DNA of 32,000 nt from Planctopirus limnophila DSM 3776 (GTDB lineage Bacteria > Planctomycetota > Planctomycetia > Planctomycetales > Planctomycetaceae). The translations under genes were made by a program, and so were the position numbers. Under the pieces are notes generated by a model. The model ran no database searches. It worked only from the letters and a program-made list of their open reading frames with translations, and was not told the DNA's origin. Each line of letters starts with the position of its first letter. Within the stretch, counting starts at the first letter, position 1. The DNA is taken from contig NC_014148.1 in the NCBI RefSeq assembly GCF_000092105.1, forward strand, positions 5,250,001 to 5,282,000. Direction: 5' to 3'. Shown one piece after another: positions 1 to 10,690 of the stretch.

Positions 1-2
1 AT

Positions 3-2474
3 GAAGGGGGCGAGGCTCTCAAGCAGGGGACATGGGAATATCGAGTTCTCGATAAATGGATTTCTCAAGGAGCCAAGCCTGTCACCGATAAGACACCGGA
101 ATTTGTAAGACTGGATGTGTTGCCGGATGGGAAAAACCCGGCAGCAGGCGAACGTCCTGAGATGGTGGGCTCGAAGGTGGGCCAGTCGTGGAAGCTCAAG
201 TGCATCGCTGTCTGGTCGGATGGAACCCGCGAAGATGTAACACCTTTGTCCCGCTTCCAGTCGAATAATGATCAGATCGCCAAAGTGACCCAGGAAGGCA
301 TGGTGACGATCACCGGCCCCGGAGATTCACATGTCGTCGCGTTCTATGACAATGGCGTGGTGCCTGTCCCTGTGATTCTGCCTGTGTCGAACTTCACAGG
401 TGATCAATATCCTTCCACTCCCACACCGACTCGTATTGATGAACTGGTTGTGCAGAAGCTCAAGAAGGTGGGCGTCGTGCAGTCGGATCTGTGTGGCGAT
501 GAAGAGTTCCTCCGCCGGGTTTCGCTGGATATCACGGGAACTTTGCCGACACCTGAGGAAGTCGAGACGTTTGTGCGTTCGAAGGATGTCGCCAAGCGTT
601 CGAAAAAGATTGATGAATTGTTGGAGCGACCAGCTTATGCCGCCTGGCAGGCGACCAAGATTTGCGACTACACCGGGAACAATCCCGAGTATTTGCAGAA
701 CGCGGTGGTGGGGAACAATTCTGCTCAGGCTGCTCGCGACTGGTATGAGTGGATTCATGACCGAGTTCAAAGAAACGTCCCTTATGATGAATTGGCCGAG
801 AACATCATTCTGGCGACGAGTCGCCGGGAGGGGGAAAGCTACGAACAGTATTGCGAACGTGTGAGTGGCTACTATGCGAAGGACAGCAAAGGGAGTTTTG
901 CTGAACAGCCTGCGATGACGCATTACTGGGCGAGGAGAAACTTCCGCACGGTCGAAGAGCGGGCTCTCGGATTTGCCTACACGTTCCTGGGCATTCGAGT
1001 GCAATGTGCCCAGTGTCATAAGCATCCTTTCGATCAATGGACAAAGGACGATTTCGATCGTTTCAAGAACTTTTTTGCCCGCATTCGTTACGGCGATATC
1101 CCGGGTAACAAAGACGAAAAAGCCGCCATGCTGGCCAAGCTGGGTGTGGACAAGGACCTCAAGGGGAACATGCTGGATCGGGCTCTGAAGGACTATCTCG
1201 CTTCGGGCAAAGTGGTGCCGGTTCAGGAAGTCTTTGTGACTCCTCCAGTCAAGCCAAGACCAGTCAATCCCAAGGCCAAGCCCAATGCGAAAAGACCGCA
1301 GGTTGTGGCTGGCCGAACAGCCAAGGTGCTGGGTGGCGATGAGATTGTCATCGAAGAACTTGATGATCCGCGAACAGCACTCATGGATTGGTTGCGTGCC
1401 GAAGAGAACCCGTACTTTGCCAGAGCTTTTGTGAATCGTGTCTGGGCGGGCTACTTCCATGTGGGGATTGTTGAGCCACCCGATGATTTGAGTCTGGCGA
1501 ATCCTCCTTCGAATGAAGCGTTGCTGGATGAACTGACACGGGAGTTCGTGGCTCATGGCTACGATATGAAGTGGCTGCACAGGACGATTGCCAACAGCCG
1601 CACTTATCAGTTGAGCTGGCAGCCCAATGAAACCAACAAGCTTGACGAGCGGAACTTTGCCCGGGCTGTGCCGCGCCGTCTTCCTGCCGAAGTGGCGTAT
1701 GACATTATCCGTCAGGCGACTGCCAGTGATTTTGAAATGGCCAAGTGGAATGACCAGCTCAATTCCCGGGCGATTGAAGATGTGGGGGCCGGTGCGAAGA
1801 ATGGCCGGGCTCAGGTGTATGCATTGAATATCTTCGGGCGATCGATCCGCGAGAGTAACTGCGATTGCGATCGATCGATGGAGCCAAGTCTGCTGCAGAC
1901 GGTTTATCTGCAGAACGATCAGGAGTTGCTGGCTGCCATTGAGCGCAAGGGTGGCTGGGTCGACCAGATTGTCAAAGTGGGCCCTCATCCTGTGGTGAGT
2001 GACAAAAATGCCATCACACCAGCAGCAGCGGTCGTGCCTGATCTCACCGACGAAAAGGGTAAAGGCAAAAAGAAACTTGAGTCGGCAACCGAAGATTCGT
2101 CCAACGATCGGGATTTGAAAGAGGTTCTGGCCCGCGTCGACAAACGTATCGAAAAGGCCCGTCAACAAAAGGACAAGCAGCAACTGGCCGAACTGCAGCA
2201 AACTCGGCAGAAAGTTCTGGAGAAAATCCAGGCCCAGGCCAAAACAACCGCCAAACCTGTCAATCAGGGCTATAAGGCGGGAGTTCTGCCCAGTGATCGG
2301 ATTCTGCAAGAGATTGTCAAAACGGCTTATCTGCGAACGTTATCGCGATATCCATCGAACGAAGAAACTCGCCGGTCAGTGGCTTACTTCCATGAGGCGA
2401 AAGATGTCCGCGTCGGCAGCAGAGATCTCTTATGGGCCCTGCTGAACACCAAGGAATTCATGGTCAATCATTAA
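3..2474 (+). CDS. PSCyt2 (DUF1549) / PSD1 (DUF1553) domain protein with an N-terminal Ig-like (Big_2-type) segment. It is 5'-partial: the frame is open to the window edge.
   Basis: No stop occurs upstream of the listed GTG at 117 in this frame, so the gene starts left of the window. It has the motif FLGIRVQCAQCHKHPFDQW (CXXCH at nt 1005-1019) typical of DUF1549. A Lys-rich coiled-coil linker follows. The C-terminus (NCDCDRSMEPSLLQ ... LLWALLNTKEFMVNH) is typical of DUF1553. A DUF1501 gene follows, which is the classic planctomycetal pairing. Confidence 0.85.
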   Translation, partial: EGGEALKQGTWEYRVLDKWISQGAKPVTDKTPEFVRLDVLPDGKNPAAGERPEMVGSKVGQSWKLKCIAVWSDGTREDVTPLSRFQSNNDQIAKVTQEGMVTITGPGDSHVVAFYDNGVVPVPVILPVSNFTGDQYPSTPTPTRIDELVVQKLKKVGVVQSDLCGDEEFLRRVSLDITGTLPTPEEVETFVRSKDVAKRSKKIDELLERPAYAAWQATKICDYTGNNPEYLQNAVVGNNSAQAARDWYEWIHDRVQRNVPYDELAENIILATSRREGESYEQYCERVSGYYAKDSKGSFAEQPAMTHYWARRNFRTVEERALGFAYTFLGIRVQCAQCHKHPFDQWTKDDFDRFKNFFARIRYGDIPGNKDEKAAMLAKLGVDKDLKGNMLDRALKDYLASGKVVPVQEVFVTPPVKPRPVNPKAKPNAKRPQVVAGRTAKVLGGDEIVIEELDDPRTALMDWLRAEENPYFARAFVNRVWAGYFHVGIVEPPDDLSLANPPSNEALLDELTREFVAHGYDMKWLHRTIANSRTYQLSWQPNETNKLDERNFARAVPRRLPAEVAYDIIRQATASDFEMAKWNDQLNSRAIEDVGAGAKNGRAQVYALNIFGRSIRESNCDCDRSMEPSLLQTVYLQNDQELLAAIERKGGWVDQIVKVGPHPVVSDKNAITPAAAVVPDLTDEKGKGKKKLESATEDSSNDRDLKEVLARVDKRIEKARQQKDKQQLAELQQTRQKVLEKIQAQAKTTAKPVNQGYKAGVLPSDRILQEIVKTAYLRTLSRYPSNEETRRSVAYFHEAKDVRVGSRDLLWALLNTKEFMVNH

Positions 2475-2580
2475 CTCTCGACACGCCTTTTGATCGCTGT
2501 CGTAAAAAACACGCCGACGTGATCACCATCTGAATCCAGTTTGCTTCTTCGATTAATCACATTTGAATCAAGGTAATACC

Positions 2581-3879
2581 ATGGCGACCAGTTATACATG
2601 TGATGGCATTCAACGACGCGATGCACTGAAAGCAGGGCTGCTGGGAGTGGGAGGCTTATCGCTTTCTAACTTTTTGAAGCTCAGCCATGCAGGGGAAGTT
2701 TCCTCCAAGGCCAAGGCCAAAGCTGCGATCTATATCAACCTGGGGGGTGGCCCCAGCCACATGGACACCTTCGATATGAAGCCCAATGCACCGGCTGAGT
2801 ATCGCGGGGAATTCAATCCCATTAAAACGAACGTCGCCGGGATCGAGATCTGTGAGCACTTGCCCCATCTGGCGAAACAGGCCGACAAGTTCGCCCTCAT
2901 TCGTGGTGTCTCGCACACTCTGGCGGCTCATGAACTGGGCACGCAATATGTCAACTGCGGCAACCGGCCTATCCCTTCGCTGGAATTCCCGGGATATGGC
3001 TCGGTGGTTGCCAAGGAGTTGGGTGGCCCGGATAACCTGCCCGCCTATGTGGCCATTCCACGAACGAGTTCAAAGTCGGGTTATCTGGGAGTGAAGTACG
3101 CACCACTGGCCACGGGGAACACACCCAAGGCCGGTATGCCTTATTCGGTGCGTGGGGTTTCACTGCAGAATGGATTGACAGTGCAGGAAGTGGATCGTCG
3201 CAAGAATCTGCTCAACGATCTTGATCGGACGTTTGCTGGTTACGAAAAGCAGAACCAGTTGCTGGAAGGGATGGATCAGTTTGCCGAGCAGGCCTACTCG
3301 ATGATCACTTCACCAGCCGCCCGCAAAGCGTTTGATATCAGCCAGGAATCTCCCAAGTTTGCCGAGCCATTCGGTGAGACACCCTTTGGAACCAGCTGCC
3401 TGCTGGCAACGAGGCTGATCGAATCGGGAGTGAGGTTTGTCACGATTTCGTACGGCGGATGGGATACTCATGATGACAACTGGACGCGGCTGAAAGAAAA
3501 GCAGTTGCCTCCGTTTGATGAAGGTCTGGCGGCCTTGCTGGCAGGTCTGGCTCAGAAGGGCTTGCTCGATTCGACCGCTGTCTTTGTGACAGGTGAGTTT
3601 GGTCGAACACCCAAGATCAATGGCCGCGCTGGTCGGGATCACTTTGCCCGCAATATGTTCATGATTATGGCAGGTGGTGGCGTGCGTGCGGGTCAGGTGA
3701 TTGGTGCCAGCGATGAAAAAGCCATGGCACCAGCGAGCCAGGCCATTACACCTGATGATGTGGCCGCTTCGTTCTATCACAATCTCGGGATTGATCCCAA
3801 GAAAGAATATCAGACCAACACCGGGCGGCCACTGATGATTGTGCGTGACGGGAACATTATTCCTTCACTGTTTGCCTGA
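2581..3879 (+). CDS. DUF1501 domain protein (sulfatase/alkaline-phosphatase superfamily-like) with a Tat-type signal
   Basis: It carries a twin-arginine motif (IQRRDALKAGLLGVGG). Family-typical blocks are GGGPSHMDTFDMKP, GWDTHDDN and TGEFGRTPKIN...GRDH. The ATG at 2581 is preferred over the TTG at 2563 listed in the ORF track. It sits immediately downstream of the PSD1 gene. Confidence 0.85.
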   Translation: MATSYTCDGIQRRDALKAGLLGVGGLSLSNFLKLSHAGEVSSKAKAKAAIYINLGGGPSHMDTFDMKPNAPAEYRGEFNPIKTNVAGIEICEHLPHLAKQADKFALIRGVSHTLAAHELGTQYVNCGNRPIPSLEFPGYGSVVAKELGGPDNLPAYVAIPRTSSKSGYLGVKYAPLATGNTPKAGMPYSVRGVSLQNGLTVQEVDRRKNLLNDLDRTFAGYEKQNQLLEGMDQFAEQAYSMITSPAARKAFDISQESPKFAEPFGETPFGTSCLLATRLIESGVRFVTISYGGWDTHDDNWTRLKEKQLPPFDEGLAALLAGLAQKGLLDSTAVFVTGEFGRTPKINGRAGRDHFARNMFMIMAGGGVRAGQVIGASDEKAMAPASQAITPDDVAASFYHNLGIDPKKEYQTNTGRPLMIVRDGNIIPSLFA

Positions 3880-3991
3880 GAATGATTTATCCGAGATTCT
3901 TGGGTGACCTGCGACCTGTGTTTGATGGAATGGGTTTACGTCGATGTTGGCGTTAAATCACAAATGACTTCACTTTGAGGGACGTGGATCG

Positions 3992-4504
3992 ATGCTCAAA
4001 TCAATGATTATGACGACTTGCCGATTGTCGTTAGTGGTGGCGATTGTCTGCGGAGTGATTGTCTCTTTGCCAGTCGATGCACAGGAAGATGCTAAACCTG
4101 CAAAGAAACCAGCCCAGGGTGTTGCACAGCCATTCAATCTGCCAGACAGCATCAAGCTGACAGATGAGCAGACCAAGAAGCTGGAAGCCCTTAAGAAAGA
4201 AGCGACTCCGAAGCTCGAAGCCGCCGTTAAAAAGGTCGATGACGTACTGACCAAGGATCAAAAGAAGACTCGTAAGACAGCCTCAGATACCGCCAAAGCT
4301 GCCGGTAAGAAAGGGAAGGAACTGAAAGAGGCAGTCAATGAAGCTCTCAAGCTTTCCGACGAGCAGAAGGCATCGTTGGCCAAGGCCGAGAAAGAGCTGG
4401 CTGACCTGCAGAAGGCGACTCGCGAACAGGTTGTTGCCATGCTGACTGATGAGCAGAAGGCCAACCTGCCCACGCCAGGCAAGAAGAAAGCCAAAGCCAA
4501 GTAG
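3992..4504 (+). CDS. Secreted Lys/Glu-rich helical protein with repeated LTXXQ motifs (Spy/CpxP-like periplasmic chaperone family)
   Basis: The signal peptide is MLKSMIMTTCRLSLVVAIVCGVIVSLPVDA/QED. It has four LTXXQ-type motifs: LTDEQTKKL, LTKDQKK, LSDEQKASL and LTDEQKANL. A GAGGGA sits about 10 nt upstream of the ATG. Confidence 0.6.
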   Translation: MLKSMIMTTCRLSLVVAIVCGVIVSLPVDAQEDAKPAKKPAQGVAQPFNLPDSIKLTDEQTKKLEALKKEATPKLEAAVKKVDDVLTKDQKKTRKTASDTAKAAGKKGKELKEAVNEALKLSDEQKASLAKAEKELADLQKATREQVVAMLTDEQKANLPTPGKKKAKAK

Positions 4505-4555
4505 CAGGTGCTCAAGTCTCGGAACGAGACTTGGAATCTCGACAAAAGTTAAAAG

Positions 4556-4600
4556 CAACAGCCCGGCCTCGAAGTTTGAGAGCCGGGCTGTTGTCTATTT
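4556..4600 (+). terminator. Rho-independent terminator, probably bidirectional
   Basis: A perfect 12-bp stem pairs CAACAGCCCGGC (4556-4567) with GCCGGGCTGTTG (4582-4593), followed by TCTATTTTG. The opposite strand also reads a T-rich tail (CTTTTAACTTTTG). A second perfect 9-bp hairpin, CAAGTCTCG-gaa-CGAGACTTG, lies at 4513-4533 just after the stop codon. Confidence 0.7.
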
Positions 4601-4660
4601 TGTGACGTCATTAAACACAATGGCCATTGTTATACGGATTCAACTGCGCTCCTTGGCATG

Positions 4661-4744
4661 GGGTGGCTGGGGCCAAACGTCTTTGCGAACCCCCAGTTCG
4701 TGCCGAAAATCGCTGGGGGTTCGAAGACTCAACCCCAGCCACCC
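4661..4744. other. Nested double hairpin (structured intergenic element) 29 nt downstream of the metY stop
   Basis: The outer perfect 12-bp pairing is GGGTGGCTGGGG (4661-4672) with CCCCAGCCACCC (4733-4744). It encloses an inner perfect 10-bp pairing of GAACCCCCAG (4687-4696) with CTGGGGGTTC (4713-4722). There is no U-tract and it does not fit a tRNA cloverleaf. Confidence 0.5.
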
Positions 4745-4772
4745 GCCGCGCAGTTGTTCATTGGAATCCGTA

Positions 4773-6140
<1,368 letters not shown>

Positions 6141-6374
6141 TTAGCCGATTGCTGCACGACTCGCAAATGGCCGGAGAAGAATTCTGTTGGGCAGGAGTTA
6201 CCGATAGATGCTCGATGCAACAGCTAGAGAATGACGGTGTCGCATCACGAATTGAGACTCGATTGTCGATGGGGGAAGACTTTGAGGCTACGATCTCTCG
6301 TATAAAAGCCTTACTATGTGAGAGTGTTCAGCAGGTGATTGGGGAAAAGTGTGCTTGAACTTTGTCACCTGTGA

Positions 6375-8186
<1,812 letters not shown>

Positions 8187-8256
8187 TTTCCAGCATCGTT
8201 ACAAGGTCAACCTCCGTGGCTGTTCGTGAGAGTTCCCCAGCAGATCGAACTGCAAT

Positions 8257-9582
8257 ATGTCCGACTCGCATGCGATGTCTCATCCTTCTGGAGAGTTTTG
8301 TGCCAAGGAATCTCTCACAGAGGAAGTTCGCAAAGTGATAGATCATACAGTCACAGTTCACACCATGCGGCCCGAAAGTGTTGACGAAGGGCGGGTGTGG
8401 CTCGAAACCAATTTTCGCGAAGCACAGGCCACGATTGCTCCTACGGGAGCAAAGCTTTCGAGCCAGCGTTTGTATCGATCCCCACAAGCCCGGGTGACAT
8501 TCGAGACGACCAGGTGGAATCGATTGATCGATTATCCTGCCCGCGATATGACGATCACCGTCGAAGCGGGCATGACCTGGCGGGAATTGTGTGCGCTTCT
8601 TGATGTCGAAGGTCAGCAGTTACCACTCGATGTTCTCGAAGGCGAAGCGACGATCGGTGGCCTGGTCGCTGCTGGCTTCTGCGGCCCCAGGCAATATGGT
8701 TATGGCACGATCCGCGATTATCTGCTCGGTTTCAGTGGTTTTACGGCGGACGGACTGCTGTTTCAGGCGGGTGGGCGAGTCGTCAAAAATGTGGCTGGTT
8801 ACGATCTGGCGAAGCTCATGTGCGGTTCGCGAGGAACTCTCGCCCTGCTCACGCAATGCACATTCAAGTTGAAGCCACAGCCTGTCCAGTGGTCCTGGGT
8901 GCTCACCACGTGGGAGACCTGGGAAGATCTTGAACCGGCACTCGAGCGACTGCTCTTCTCAGATACCCGACCAGTGGCTGTGGATGTGCTGCAGAGAGCC
9001 GCATTGCCACCTGTCGGGAATGAACTGACGCTGGCCATTCTGCTGGAGGGATCGCAGGTCTCACTCGACTGGGAAGTGCAGACGATTCGTAAAGAGCTCT
9101 CGAACCTCGGGCCAACGGAACTCTTGGTGGTCTCAGAGGATCGGCAGACAGCCCATGCTGATCGTTTGATGACACGCCTTTTGGGCAGTCAACGGCAGCA
9201 GCCTTACGAACTGATGGTATCATTAACGAGTTCAAAACTGGTCGCACTGGCCGAACAATTCCCTGAGACCACCCGCATCATGGGCCGGGGATTGGATGGA
9301 ACGCTGCTGCTCTCATGGAATGAACCGCCGGCGCCCCACGAGCTGGCCGCAGGGTTGGCGAGTCTGATCGAGTCGGCATCGCTGGCTGGTCATCCTCAGG
9401 AAGCGACATGGGAATGGACACGCTGGCCGGACAATTCGATCCCGCCACCTGCCAACCGCTCTCATGATGCGTCATCATCACGCTGGAGTCTGACACTCAA
9501 GCAGCAACTCGATCCTTTGGGACTTTTCAATCCCTCTGTGCTCGATCTGCGATGTGGCAAGCCCTGGCCCGAAAATCTTTGA
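8257..9582 (+). CDS. FAD-binding PCMH-type oxidase subunit, GlcE-like
   Basis: The block LIDYPARDMTITVEAGMTWRELCALLDVEGQQLPLDV...ATIGGLVAAGFCGPRQYGYGTIRDYLLGFSGFTADGLLFQAGGRVVKNVAGYDLAKLMCGSRGTLALLTQCTFKLKP matches the glycolate oxidase GlcE pattern. No glcD or glcF is adjacent. The start codon is uncertain. Confidence 0.7.
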   Translation: MSDSHAMSHPSGEFCAKESLTEEVRKVIDHTVTVHTMRPESVDEGRVWLETNFREAQATIAPTGAKLSSQRLYRSPQARVTFETTRWNRLIDYPARDMTITVEAGMTWRELCALLDVEGQQLPLDVLEGEATIGGLVAAGFCGPRQYGYGTIRDYLLGFSGFTADGLLFQAGGRVVKNVAGYDLAKLMCGSRGTLALLTQCTFKLKPQPVQWSWVLTTWETWEDLEPALERLLFSDTRPVAVDVLQRAALPPVGNELTLAILLEGSQVSLDWEVQTIRKELSNLGPTELLVVSEDRQTAHADRLMTRLLGSQRQQPYELMVSLTSSKLVALAEQFPETTRIMGRGLDGTLLLSWNEPPAPHELAAGLASLIESASLAGHPQEATWEWTRWPDNSIPPPANRSHDASSSRWSLTLKQQLDPLGLFNPSVLDLRCGKPWPENL

Positions 9583-9644
9583 CGATGACTCATCAAGATC
9601 CGTTCGGCTGGTCTTGAATGCCAGGCCCGACTAAGCCGCTGTGA

Positions 9645-10310
9645 TTAATCTGTCACCGAGGTCGTGTTGTCGGCGAGTTCTCTGCGCAGCCACGCACGCG
9701 AATAAGCCCATAAGCGGCTCGCAGTGCGGACAGAAATGTCCAACGTTTCTGCTGCTTCTGCGAGCGTTAATCCCCCAAAGTACAGAAGCTGCACGAGTTC
9801 GGCTCCTTGAGGTTTGATGTCAGCGAGCTTGGTCAAGGCTTCATCAAGGGCCAGTAGATCTTCCTGTGGCTCGACAAGGCAGGGAGGGAAGTCGTCGATG
9901 TTATGCCGGACAAATTCTCCACCATGCTTGAGACTCTTTTTGCGGCGGGCATGATCAATGAGAATGCGGCGAATGGTGATGGCGGCTGCAGCAAAGAACT
10001 GTGCCCGGCTTTTCCATTGTGGCCCGCGTTGCGGAATCCCGGATTGATCTTCTTCGAATGGAACTTCGCTCTCATGAATCCTGGAAGAGTCGCTGCCGTT
10101 GGACTGCTCGTCTGGTGAATGGCCATGCATCAATCGCAAATAGGCTTCATGGACAAGAGCTGTGGGCTGAAGTGTCTGCCCGGCCGGTTCTAATGCCAGG
10201 CGAGCCGCTGCCAGTTTGCGAAGCTCCGCATAGACAAGTGGGAGCAGATCATCTGTCGCATGTTCCTGGCCGGTATCGATCGCGGCCAGCAGGCGTGTCA
10301 ATTCGTCCAT
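9645..10310 (-). CDS. ECF-type RNA polymerase sigma factor (TIGR02999 / Sig-70_X6-like)
   Basis: Matching blocks are LTRLLAAIDTGQEHATDDLLPLVYAELRKLAAARL, LQPTALVHEAYLRL, RAQFFAAAAITIRRILIDHARRKKSLKHGG and the C-terminal sigma-4 block LYFGGLTLAEAAETLDISVRTASRLWAYSRAWLRREL. The start is taken at MDELTRLL (10310) rather than the upstream ATG at 10337. Confidence 0.85.
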   Translation of the reverse strand: MDELTRLLAAIDTGQEHATDDLLPLVYAELRKLAAARLALEPAGQTLQPTALVHEAYLRLMHGHSPDEQSNGSDSSRIHESEVPFEEDQSGIPQRGPQWKSRAQFFAAAAITIRRILIDHARRKKSLKHGGEFVRHNIDDFPPCLVEPQEDLLALDEALTKLADIKPQGAELVQLLYFGGLTLAEAAETLDISVRTASRLWAYSRAWLRRELADNTTSVTD

Positions 10311-10504
10311 AAGTTGCCAGATAAAGTGGGATCTCACATAGCACTACTGATGATGAGCGGCTTAACGAACATATACCAGCGAAAAATGGATGAACAAGTC
10401 GTCGGCAGAAATTGCCGCTCATCCGATTGTTTGTGAATTCGTGTGATTCAAGTGAGCTCAGGCAGGAAGAGATGCCTTGCCGTTTGAAACGACTTTACCG
10501 GTGA

Positions 10505-10535
10505 GGAACGGGCATTTGCCTTAAGGGCGTATCGT
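10505..10535 (+). promoter_or_regulatory. Candidate ECF-type promoter (GGAAC-N18-CGTAT) facing the porin gene
   Basis: GGAAC lies at 10505-10509 and CGTAT at 10528-10532. The pair is about 155 nt upstream of the porin ATG and divergent from the ECF sigma gene. This is a motif resemblance only, and the spacer is 1-2 nt longer than classic ECF promoters. Confidence 0.2.
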
Positions 10536-10690
10536 GTGGTCTGGATTGACGCAGTTCGATTTTCCACACAGATCGATACAAGACGAGCAATCGAATGTGC
10601 CGTCGAATTCTCTTTGTGCCCCCAGTGGGGCATGAAATGGACGGTGCATTGAAGAGCTTACAGTTGTTGACCGGGCAGGGAGGCCTTGGA

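Noticed and set aside
327-2309. 660-aa ORF antisense to the PSD1 gene
   Set aside because: It lies entirely inside, and opposite to, a gene with strong family motifs. Its translation is low-complexity (Leu/Arg/Gly-rich) with no recognisable domain. This is a typical shadow ORF.
4713-4744. tRNA-like GGTTCGAAG string and a 7-bp acceptor-like pairing (GGGTGGC/GCCACCC)
   Set aside because: I tried to fold both strands as a cloverleaf. No T-arm sits at the right distance from the 3' acceptor strand, no D-loop GG is present and no anticodon arm forms. It fits a nested hairpin instead.
8257-9582. GlcE-like gene lacking glcD/glcF partners, considered as a possible oddity
   Set aside because: Stand-alone FAD-binding PCMH proteins are common. 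Nothing in the sequence itself is anomalous, so it is reported only as a feature.
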